Positions 8,559 to 18,810 of a DNA stretch of 20,000 bases are shown one piece after another; positions within the stretch are counted from its first letter, which is position 1, and every line of letters begins with the position of its first letter. The notes under the pieces were generated by a model. It searched no databases. It was not told the origin of the DNA and saw nothing but the letters and a program-made list of their open reading frames with translations. The DNA lies in the NCBI GenBank assembly GCA_001275005.1, contig JWZX01003401.1:49313-69312 (forward strand), written 5' to 3'. Source of the DNA: Chrysochromulina tobinii (taxonomy: Eukaryota). The translations under genes were made by a program, and so were the position numbers.

Positions 8559-10575
8559 TTCCCACCGTCGGCAACACAGAAGATGACTCGTAATCAAGTT
8601 CAGTGGTGCTGCTGCTGCTGTGAAACAAACAAACGACTGTCGCGTCTGTCGTGTTAACGCACAAACGCGCACACTCTCCGGGCCCCCAAGCACGAGGGCC
8701 TCTATCGCAATGGACGGAGGTGTGGCCATTACCCGTTAATCGGCAAGGGGTGGATTCAAAACAACCGGCGCCTTCCTCGACGCGGCGGCGAGATTCCGCG
8801 ATCCAGAGATTGAGGGCCGCAAGATGAAGGAGGTCGCGCGCCTCTTCAAGTGAATGGCTCGCCGCTTCGTTGGTGACACATTGGAGCAGCGCCTTGCCAG
8901 CGGTTTCAGGCTCGAGGGTGGTGCCAGGGCTCCTCGGCTGGCTGAGAACCTCTGACAGATCCGACAGGGCTGGAGCGAGTTTTTGCTCGAGACGGCGCCG
9001 TTGCTCGTCGAGCCTTTCAAGCAGAGGTGGATGGACGCGACTTGACGAAACTTGTCGAGGTGGATGGACGCCGGCCTTCGAACGAACCGGGCTGCCTCCC
9101 AGCCGTGGTATCCCTTCCGGCCCGGCCAGACGAACCGGGCTGCCTCCCAGCCGTGGTATCCCTCCCGGCCTACGAGCGAGCGGCGCCGACCCAGACGCCG
9201 GTCGCGCTCGAAGTCGCTTCTGCCCCTCGTCCGGCTGATGTAACGGCTGATGTAACGGCTGATGTAACGGCTGATGTAACGGCTGATGTAACGGCTGATG
9301 TAACGGCTGATGTAACGGCTGATGTAACGGCTGATGGCCGGCCTCGCCAGCGCTCTCGTCCGAGTCGGAGTCCGTCGCCGAGTCGGCGCCTGCCGCCGAG
9401 TATGCGCCTGCCGCCGAGCCGCAGTCTATGGAGCCCGCAAGGGCGCCTGAATCGGCGCCGAGCCGCAGTCTATGCAACCATGACATAGAGCGGCGAGCTT
9501 GAACGGACGCATGGAGCTCGCCACTAGAGCGCTGCTGCGTCAGCTCGTGCTTAGTCGCCGTTCGCTCTGCATTGTTCTTGAAGAGCAGGGCGATCTTGAT
9601 CCCTGCGCTGCGCTGCTGAGCTGTACTGCAAGTAGATCGCGAGATGGGAGGGGTTTCGTCACGTCGGGTTTCGTCACGTCGGAGGCAGCTGCATGTGGAT
9701 GGCGAGATGGCACTTGATGAGGTTGGAGCCGCAGGACCTGCACGTGGAACTCCAAAACCATCGCCCGGTTCGGGATGACGCTCGTCTATGTCGTCCTCGC
9801 CGTGCCCCCCAACTTCATCGTCCTCCCCTCTACCTCCTCGTCCCCGCCCCTGCTCTCGGCATTTCTCATCGGCATCGACAGCACCCCCCGTGAGGAGAAG
9901 GCTCGGTGGTGCAGGGGCGCTGTGGTTTGCCAGCTCGGCATAGCTGCGCTGCAAAGGCAAGTGCCCGCGCTGAGCATGCGCATGGCGCTGAAGGCAATCG
10001 TAGGCGATTCTGCGAGAGGCGATCATCGGAGCCGACAACGGGCGCGGAATAGACCGAGAGCGCGATGCCAATGGATACGTAGCCTGAGGAGGGGCGGCGA
10101 CGAGAGCGGCAACAATGGCCCGTGCCTGGGTGGAGGCGGCTGTTGTTGCTGCCAATTCTGGAACTCGAGATGGAAGTGCGCTGCTGATCACCGGCGAGGT
10201 CAAGTGGACCACCTCGCCATTCGGAGCATGTGACGAGTCGCTGTACACGCGGACTTCACCTTGGAAACTGAGCCCCGACTTGCTAGGCCGCCACCCAAAT
10301 GCTCGAGGGTCGGCATTCGAACGCCAGGGTTTGCGTGTCCGAAAGGGCTGGGGCAGGATCAATGATGGCTTCGGCTTATGAATATGCGAGTTGCTGATTG
10401 AGAGCGTTTGCTGTACTCGCGCAGCTGATTGATCACTTGGTTGCAGGCCATCGAGTGAGACAGCGGTTGCCTTGGAGCTGGTGACGCGGCGTGATGGTCG
10501 CGAGTCGGAGCTGGCCCGTCGCGATAAAGTGTCGCCGAGCTGTCGATGCAGCGGCCCTTCACTGTGCGGGTTCAT
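8476..10575 (-). CDS. Hypothetical low-complexity protein (one or possibly two genes); boundaries uncertain
   Basis: A stop-free frame of more than 2 kb, first ATG at 10575. Its internal duplications mostly have periods that are multiples of 3. A helical-looking C-terminal block is present (LERLDEQRRRLEQKL...EEARDLLHLAALNLWIAE). No domain recognised; the 3' end overlaps the PAP start. Confidence 0.4.
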   Translation of the reverse strand: MNPHSEGPLHRQLGDTLSRRASSDSRPSRRVTSSKATAVSLDGLQPSDQSAARVQQTLSISNSHIHKPKPSLILPQPFRTRKPWRSNADPRAFGWRPSKSGLSFQGEVRVYSDSSHAPNGEVVHLTSPVISSALPSRVPELAATTAASTQARAIVAALVAAPPQATYPLASRSRSIPRPLSAPMIASRRIAYDCLQRHAHAQRGHLPLQRSYAELANHSAPAPPSLLLTGGAVDADEKCREQGRGRGGRGEDDEVGGHGEDDIDERHPEPGDGFGVPRAGPAAPTSSSAISPSTCSCLRRDETRRDETPPISRSTCSTAQQRSAGIKIALLFKNNAERTATKHELTQQRSSGELHASVQARRSMSWLHRLRLGADSGALAGSIDCGSAAGAYSAAGADSATDSDSDESAGEAGHQPLHQPLHQPLHQPLHQPLHQPLHQPLHQPLHQPDEGQKRLRARPASGSAPLARRPGGIPRLGGSPVRLAGPEGIPRLGGSPVRSKAGVHPPRQVSSSRVHPPLLERLDEQRRRLEQKLAPALSDLSEVLSQPRSPGTTLEPETAGKALLQCVTNEAASHSLEEARDLLHLAALNLWIAESRRRVEEGAGCFESTPCRLTGNGHTSVHCDRGPRAWGPGECARLCVNTTDATVVCLFHSSSSTTELDYESSSVLPTVGNAVGMFCCCCCHHGGYSTAASFAPAER
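9082..9170. repeat. Direct duplication, 41-bp copies at period 48
   Basis: ACGAACCGGGCTGCCTCCCAGCCGTGGTATCCCT(T/C)CCGGCC at 9082 and 9130; encodes GIPRLGGSPVR twice on the - strand. Confidence 0.9.
9232..9336. repeat. Perfect 12-bp minisatellite (CGGCTGATGTAA) x8.75
   Basis: Units start at 9232, 9244, ... 9328; encodes (HQPL)8HQP on the - strand. Confidence 0.97.
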
Positions 10576-10785
10576 GTGACCCTTGCTTCTTTGTCGTTCG
10601 CAAAGAAAATCTTGTAGCTGCCCTCGGCATGCAATTGAAGGGTTCGGATGACGCGTGTTCACACCTTGTTGGAAGTGTTGTGCGGGTGTGATCTCTAACA
10701 CAAGGTCAAGGACCGGACCGAAAGGATCGAACGGCACCTAGCGTCCAAACACCACAAACACAGGCGCAACCGAAAAGGCTCGCAA

Positions 10786-13700
10786 TCAGCACGACCACGA
10801 GCAAGGGCGCAACGTGGAGCCCATCAACTCGATCTTATCCATCCCCTCGTCCCCTTTGACCGGAACTGCTCTCGGCTGGCCGCCCTCGAGCTCGCCGAAG
10901 GCGTTGCTCGCGGCAGTGGGCATTTCAAGCGATTGGCCGCTGCCGGCCCTGGAAATGTCCATGGCCATGCGTGGAAGGTTGCGCCCCCCGTGGGCAATCT
11001 GGCTGCAGCACGCTGCAGGCGCCCCTCGGCTGATTGGCCCGAGCTCGTCTGGAAACTTGCTGCACAGCCCCTTCCACACGCCAAGGCTTAGTCCAAACAA
11101 ATGGCAGTGCGTCGTCGCCTCGACGTGCATTGCGCTCAGCACGGGAGCCAACGGCCCCGCTGAAAGCAAGCATCTCTGCCCCCACATAGTTCACACCCTC
11201 ATTTCGGCCGATGAGGTAGGAAGAGAGCGCGGGCATGCCCGTGCTGCTGGCATCCCGGTCGGTAATTTTGCGGTTCGCCATGGACGAGCTGCTGCGGGGC
11301 GGCGCCTGCCGGAACATGTTCGGCAGGCGCCGACCCCCCGCACGGAGCTTGCCCAAATCAACAAGGTAGAGCTTGACGGCGGGATCACCCTTCGTGATGA
11401 CAGTATCGCCCTCCAGGAAGAGCTCCGGACGGAGCGCGACGCAGAGCTCGATGAGCGGGAAGAAGGTGAGGCTGCTGAGCGCTGGCACACAGAGAATGTT
11501 GTTGCGGTGCATCCAAAGGCCGATGTCGCGGAGCAAAAAGGGTGGGAGCGCCTCTGTCAAGGACGTGTGCGAGACGCGCGGGTTGGACGAGATCAGCCGG
11601 TAGTAGGCAGTGATGCGCTGAACCAGATCCGATGGCAGCTGGTGATGCGTCGTGTAGTGCTGGAGGTAGTCAGTCTGTGTCTTGAACATCTCCTCCTCGC
11701 CGTCGTTCAAGCGCACCAGCGAGGAGATGAGGCCGATGAGGCAGGCGAAGAGTGATGCCGAAATAAGCGTGAGCAACATCGCGAAGACCGTCTCGAGCGC
11801 GTTCTGCGGCCGCACGTCGCCTAAGCCGACAGTGCTCATGTGCGACAGTGTGAAGTGGACTGCACGAAGGTACGAGAGGCCCACGTTCGAGTGCGCCCAA
11901 TCGGCGTCTTTCCATGCGATGTCCTCGGTCATCCAGTTGCGCCCCAGCGCGGACTTGGGGAGCGCGTACGCGTCAAAGAGCCAGAGGCATGCAAACCCAT
12001 GGCAGACGTAGACCCAGAGGCACGTAACCACCGCGAGGCGCGCCTGGCCACTCGAGAGATGAAGTTGGGGTGGCAGCAAGGCGAAGGCCACGCGGCAGTG
12101 CTCGAGGATGCGCGAGCAGCGCAGCAGCCGCGGCAGGCGCAGTAGAGCCACCGCGAGGAGGATCGTCTTTGTGTCGCTCGTCACAGCCAGCCCGATCGGC
12201 GCCAAGGCTTCGTAGGGCAGCGAAGCGAGCAAGTCCAGGCGCAATTTGACCTGCACATAGTGCGTGCGAATCGCCATGTGTGTGAGCTCCGACTGCATGA
12301 ACGTTTCGCGCCCTGGGGGGAGGAAGGGGAAGCAGTAGGCGCGCAGCAACGAGTCGCACAGAAGGATCACATCGATCGACCACTGCGGTACGAGCGCGGC
12401 CCATGCGTTGGCGACGCTCAAAGGACTTCGCGGCCCGAACACGGCGATGAGAAAGGGGATCGAGGTGGCTAGAATGGCCGTTGTCAGTGCCATAACGAGC
12501 TCCCACAGCTGCCTCGGCAGCGTCGAGGGTGGGAAGATGTATCCATGACTCGATGGCTGCTGGATGGGGACATCGCCGGTCGATGAGGACCTCTTGGACG
12601 CCTCGGACATCTTGCATGGTTCAGCGTGCCCTGGAGTGCTGTCACCACGGAGGATGGCTTGCTCGCGGACGATGCGCTCGTTGGTTGAGCGGTAACAGGC
12701 ATCGATGGATCGCACAAGGGACTCGAGTTTGGCAAGGTAAGCCGCGTCGCGATGCAGACCAAAGAGCGCGCACGCCGCGTCAAGCTGCGTGCGCGTGAGC
12801 TGAAGGACAACAGCACGCGTCACCGCGCGGACCGAGGCGTTGCGCGCCGTGCCTTGGAGAAAGAAGGAAACTTCACCGAGCACCGCGCCTGGGCCAACGG
12901 TGCCCACGACCGTCGACTTGGTCTGCTCAAAGTGGTCCTTGGCGAAGCCCATTTTCTCTCCCATAAGCGCTTCGGCTTTCCTTCGGCGATGAACGGGCGC
13001 CGAGAGCGAGGGACGGCGACCGGCCGTGAGCACCTCGAAGACGCCCTCGACAATGATGTACATATCTTGCGTGCCTTTATCGCCCTCGAGCATGAGCAGC
13101 TCGCTAGGGGTGATGACGATGCCGCGCATCTCATTTGTAATGTGGCCGAGGACGGCCCGCGGCAGCAGGTCTGCTAGCTTCGTCTTCGAGAGCAGCTCGA
13201 GCCGAATTGCTTTGGAGGTCTCGAGCTGGAGCTGTGGCGGGAGCTTGTTGAGTACAGCTTTATCCTTGTCGGCGCCACGGTAGTGCGACCAGACGAGGAA
13301 GCGGACGACGCGCTGCTGCAGTGGTGGCGGCACGGCGTAGCTCATCATGACCTTTTCCATGCTCGTCTGCACCATCGCATGCTCGTACTCCTCCTGGTCG
13401 AGTCGCGCGATCGCGTTCACGATGACGCCAAGACCTGTCGACGACAATGTCGAACCAGCAACAATGAGGAAGATCATGTAGTACGTCTCGGGCATCGTGT
13501 CGGGAACCATATCACCAATTGGCACGACCACGAACGTGCCAATTGAGATGTAAAGACCGCGAAGCCATGCGAGCACCGCCAGAGGCTGGCAACGCGCCGC
13601 GCCCTCGAGGACGACGACGTCGCGCGCCCACCACGAGTACGCTTGCCACGTGTGCGCGCTCGTGTTCGTCACGAAAGAGGCATCGAACTCGCGCCACCCG

Positions 13701-16700
13701 ATGTACGCCCACACGCATGCCGAGAGGTGTGAGAGCATGATGACGATAAGCACGAGACGGCCGAGGCGCATATGCTGCATAGTCATGGCCGGCGACTGAT
13801 TGAGCAGCCACACCTCGATGTTATACGTGTGGCGTGGCAGGAAGACGAGCAGTGGCAGCCGCAGCACCCAGATGATGCTCACAGCTGTCGTCATCGCGTC
13901 GGACACGGCGTCGCCGCCGTCGCGCACGCCAGCCATCGCAATGGAGAGGGCGTCGAGGACGAGCACGACGGCAAGAAGGAGCACCGCAAAGGGGAGCATG
14001 CCGTGTGCTTCATGCCACGCAGCAGTTGGCTTGTCCAACGTCTCCACCTTGCCCGCCGCGCTCCCGCCCAATGTACGCAACTGAACCCCAAGCAAGTCAA
14101 CGCCAATCGCCACGTCGACAAGGAAATCGAAGATACACAGGCCGACCGTGTCAGAGTACGACTCCTGCGCGGCGACCGTACTCGGGTCACAGCTGTCTGC
14201 GACATTAGGCAGTGGGTATATACTACTGCCGTTCTGAAGTGCCGCCGACCATTCGGCAGGCACGGCAAAGTGGTTGGAGAGAGACGCTCGGAACGGGTCG
14301 CCGCACAGCCGATAGAGGAGTAGCAGGCACAACAGGAGCGACCAAACGTGCGCAGAGCGCAGCTTCGCGGCCCAGCCATCTAGTGTTCGAAGAAGGCGCT
14401 GCGGTCGCAGCCCGCGCCCGCGTGCCGCCCCGACCTCGGCTGTGCCATCTGTCGCGATGAACAGGGCGGTCTCGTTGATGCGGCGTTCGGCGAAGCTGCT
14501 CGAGCCAAAAACATCGACGGCCCCCATGCACTTGAGGAGCTTTGGCGACTTGACGAGATTGCGGCAAATCGCCCTGTCACGCTCGCAGCTCGCTAGATAC
14601 CCCTCACGTGCATGCTCCTTGATCGTGGTCTCGAGCTCGGGAAAGCGGCTCAGCAGATCATCAAAGGACTTACGGCGGAGCACCAGGCACTCGCACAGCC
14701 TAATAGCAATCATGTCGCAACGATGTATGGCACCGAGCACAAACTCCTCTGCACCGATGCTGCCGCCATTTTGGATCTTCTCGAGCAGGATCGTATCCGA
14801 GCTCGGATCCGCATCGTCCGGTGAAGACGGCGTGTCGCCGGCCGCCCGCGCCATTGGAGTGGAAGTCAACTCACTGAGATTCGTCGAGCGGCCACCAAAC
14901 GATTCGGCGAGATCAACATCATCCTCAAACCTGCGTCGGGCTGACGGGCTCTCACTTCTGCTGCTGCTGATGAAGAGCCCGTCTAAGAGCCCGCGGCTGC
15001 CGCGGTCAGTAACCAGCGACCCCAGACGTTTAAAGCTCGCTGGCTGACTGGCTTCATTGAGCTCCGCCTCGTGAGAGCCCAGGGGCACGTCTGGCGGAGC
15101 ACTGGCGGCGTCTACATCGCCTGCGCGGCTCGCGAGGCGCATCCTTCGGTGCACCTCACCGCGCTCGAGGAAGATGATCCCGGTCGTCGCGTCGCCAGTC
15201 TTCGCGATGAAAAAGTTGGGCACGGTCAGCTCGACGCGCAACGAAGCGCCCACTCCGACCAGGAACGCCTCCGAGGAGTCGCAGAAGCACGAAACCGAGC
15301 GCACAATGTCCAGGTATAGGTGCGCGGTTGCGAGCGAGTGGAGAGAGGGCGGCAGCGAGCGCAGCAGCTGGGTCTCCGTGCGAATCCGCTCGCCGAGCTT
15401 GGAAAACATGATGATCTGCGAGCGCAACGGCTCGGCGATAAGGTTGCGGTGCACGAAGTCACGCACGACCGTCGCGTGCTCGGCGCGCGCCGCCATTGCA
15501 TCCACCAGCAGTGACATCATCGCGCCCGTAAATGCTGGGTACAGCAGCGCGCCGAAAGTGATGAAGATCGACGCGACCCACGTTTCGGCGATCGTTTTGG
15601 GCACGATGTCGCCGAGACCCATGGTGCTCACTGCCACAATCATCCAGTAGAGCGAGCGCAAGTATGAGTAAAAGGGGTTCGATTGGTCATCCGGATAAGC
15701 ATCGCTGGCCTCGCGCAGGTAGACCGCGTCTTGCATGAGCCATGATTGCGTGCTCAAGTCCGACGCGCTGAACGAGTCGCTATCGATGAGGCCGAGCCAC
15801 AGCCAGACACATGCGCCCCAGTGACAGACGACAAAGAATTGGATCACCATGCAGGTCATGCAACGGATGTGCTTAGGCGGCGGCTCGAGCCACAGCCAAT
15901 TATCTTGCATGAGCTCGACAATCTCGCCCATCCAACTCCCCGCACAGCGCAGCCGCACCAGTCGCGGTAGCATGAGCGCCGGCACCCACGATTGCGACGG
16001 ATGCCAAGCGTACCCTACCCATTCGTAGGGCAGGCAGCACACGATGTCGATTGCGACCCAGATGCGCTGCTTAAGCGTGGGACGGTGCGACTGCTTGCGC
16101 TGGACCATCACTAGGTGCCTCAGTTGGTTGAGATTGACCGCAGCGATGCGATCGCTGATCCCGTTGAGCTCACTCCAGAGCTGCAGCCAGAGCACGAGGT
16201 CCGTCACGACGTCGACAGCGAGCCAAGAGAGCTCAAGGCCTGAGCGCGACTCGAAAGCGACGCGGACGGGCAGTACCAGGGCCACATAGGAGACAGCCAG
16301 CAGGCGCAGCGCGAGCCAAAGGCTCGGCAGCACAAACCGCCACCAAGCCCGCCCGTCTTTGCGAGCCGCCTCGGCCTTTCGAGCCAACGTCATCTTGCTT
16401 ATGATGCCGTGCAAGGCGTGCACGGATGACGTTGGCCTGGATGGCTGTAAGGGGCCAACCCTCGACAGGGTGTCGGGTTCGCATGCCACTGGTATCGCTG
16501 CCTCCGACGCACGGGTCGAGGCATGCCTGGGCGCCGCTGCGTCTAGCGTGGCGGGCGAAAAGGTGTGTGGCGGTGGTGCAGCGCTCGGGTTGCGAGCCGC
16601 CATCAGACGCTCGACGTCCTTGCTGTGCAAGGCAAGCACCTCCACGAAAGTCGTCGCACGGAAATCGCTGCTCACTTCAACCGCACGTGTTGCAGCGGCA

Positions 16701-18511
16701 GGCAGAATACAGCTGCCCTCGTCGTACGTGCGAATGGCGTGGAGATGACCGCCTGATCGCCTCAGAAAGCGCGACATCGAATTCACTGAGGGCCGGCGCA
16801 CGCGCGAGCTTGGCTGGCTCACATTCACGCTGTTCGGATTGCCCTCCAGCAGGCCAGATTCGACGACCATCCCGCGGACGAGTAGCAACGCGTTCGTGCA
16901 TATCAGTGGCGTCATCGTGGCGGTACCATCCTCGGCGATGGACGAGCACTTGATCAAGTACTCATCCTTTGTGTAGAGCACGGGGGAGAGCAGCTCGGCG
17001 AGGGCGGAAATCGTGTCAGGGTCCGACCGCGCGAACGCGGGGATGGAACGCAGCAGCTTGTGATTGAGTGCAAAGATCACTTCAATCCGGAGGGACGAAG
17101 GCAGCCCCGCAAAGAAGGTGCTCTCGTTGGCGCCACGCAGATAGAGCCATTGGTACTGCAGGTACTCTCGGAGACGCCGGGCGAGCTCGGGGGGGATCTT
17201 GCGCTTCCTTATAAAGGCATCTGTACGCTCGACACGTGCCTGCCACGTCTCCTTCATCTTGTCAGAACGCATCAGCTCTGCCATCAACAACCCGACCGCG
17301 CCGGACGCCGTGAACGTGCTAATAACCATGACAGCTATGGTGAAGACCATCTCCTCCCATTTGGTGGGCACGATGTCGCCCAGGCCGACGGTGGTCATCG
17401 TGCCACACGCCCAGTAGTACGCGCGTGCATAGTGTAGCCAGTACTCTGCGGCCACCGAGAAATCGAACGCAAGCAGGCGAGGTGAGCTGCCGCAACGCGT
17501 GGTCGGCACCCACCCGGCTGCTGCGCACCGGTGGGGCGCGCGGCGAGGGGGCTCACTTCCTGCCAGCCCGACGTGTCGCCGGACCAGGTGCCCACCGCCT
17601 GCCATCCGCAAGCAACCAGATGCACGAGCAGGACATAGACGGGAACGTAGGAGGATAGCCGCGCCCAGCCAACCGTGAATCCCGCCTTGTGCCGCATACA
17701 CCAATATGCCGCGCGAATTGCATCCGGGAGGTGCATGAGGCGCAAGAGGCGCAGAAGCGAGACGGTCGTCCATGTGCGGAGCGACGCGTTGCCGAGCAGA
17801 ACAAATAGATCGACGGGCACCCATGCAACTAACCGGCTTAGAACCTTGAGGATGGCCAGACAAAGGCGCAGGTTGTGCGAGCACTTGGCATCTTCGTCAT
17901 CATCGTTGCCCTCGCCCGCTTCAAGGCGGTGCTCGTTGAGCTCTGACGGTGAACGCGTCACCTCCGGAGACTGAGTCACGCGCCTGCGCGCTTGGTTGCG
18001 CACCAGACGAGTCGAGCGGAGTACTAGGAATGCGACGTCCACGAAGTAGAGAGAGACGCAGTAGCCAGCAAGCTCAGGATACTGCAATGCTGGCTGGTCG
18101 GTGTATTGATCCCAGCCAATTGACGTGAAGGCCGAGCGGAACGGAAGCAGGACAGCGTGCACCATGATCAGGCTGCCGCTAATCAAGTGAAACAAGGTTT
18201 CGGTCCAATTGAGCGCTGCGACGTTCTGTGCTTTGAGCTCCTCTTGTTGCGATGCTGCTGGCCTCTTGTTGCGGTCCAGCATAAAGGACGCGACCGAACG
18301 CCATTGTGACTTTCGCCCAGGTCCCTTCATCCTGAGGCAGCCGCAGCGGCTCTTCTTCTAAGGCGTAGTGGAGATGAGCACAACCTCTGGGACGAGGTCG
18401 CAGGATCGCTCCACGCACTCCCAAGAGGCGGGACGCGAGGCGGGTTACGACTCTTGACGCCTTCGACCAGCCAGGAGTCAGGGTAAGTTTTTCCAGCACA
18501 AGTTTTTCCAT
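10786..18511 (-). CDS. Four-repeat cyclic-nucleotide-binding-domain cation/K+ channel (CNGK / tetra-KCNH-like), ~2,500 aa; predicted exons 18511-18419, 18357-17529, 17445-10786 with a frameshift near 11125
   Basis: Four tandem units, each with an S4-like segment, HxxACxW S5, pore loop (TTVGLGD, STMGLGD, VVVPIGD, STVGLGD), P-x-x-x-x-E, S6, C-linker (LP..L) and CNBD. The first exon is tentative; the alternative start is ATG 18330. Confidence 0.88.
17446..17528 (-). other. 83-nt GT-AG intron (phase 1) in channel repeat 1
   Basis: ACCG|GTGCGC ... GCTCAC ... CCGCAG|AGTAC joins frame 17395-18330 to frame 10925-17884 as ...EVSPLAARPTEYWLHYARAYYW. Confidence 0.75.
18358..18418 (-). other. Putative 61-nt GT-AG intron (phase 0) near the channel 5' end
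   Basis: GGA|GTGCGT ... GTGCTCATCTCCACTACGCCTTAG|AAG joins MEKLVLEK...RLLG in frame to KKSRCGCLRMKGP and removes the in-frame TAG. Confidence 0.55.
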
Positions 18512-18810
18512 ATTTGGAAGGTTTTGCTGGCGAGGGAGAAAAATACATCTCAGCACGACAGGGCCCCGGAAATGACTCGTGTAGACCGGCGGTGGTCTCA
18601 CAAGTCGAGAGCCGCCCAGGGCTCAGGCGCGGCCCCACCATGGTTCTTATCTGCACGCCGGAACAGCGCATATTCCCCACACTCCATTCCTCCACTGCTC
18701 CTATCCCCTCCACACGCAGCGACTCCACTTCCAGCACACCCAGTTCCGACCCGGCTTGTATGGGCGGGCGCCGATGAGCCTCCATCATCATCTCATCATC
18801 ATCTGACCAT

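Noticed and set aside
9232..9336. 12-bp array as a CRISPR array or telomeric repeat
   Set aside because: There are no spacers and no cas genes, the context is eukaryotic, and the unit does not resemble a telomere repeat. It is a coding minisatellite.
10814..11755. 313-aa + strand ORF and many other overlapping or antisense ORFs (e.g. 1543-2487, 2685-3416, 14442-15047)
   Set aside because: These are shadow ORFs expected from high GC3 codon bias opposite or within well-supported genes, and they have no recognisable motifs.
17444..17556. Alternative intron using the GTGAG donor at 17556
   Set aside because: With the CAG acceptor at 17446 it would be 111 nt and would not join the two frames; it would need an atypical GAG acceptor. 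The GTGCGC donor at 17528 fits cleanly.
17529..17884. N-terminal ~120 aa of the 2319-aa ORF-track entry
   Set aside because: This is the wrong frame. The channel S4-S5 sequence lies in frame 17395-18330 and is joined by the 17446-17528 intron.
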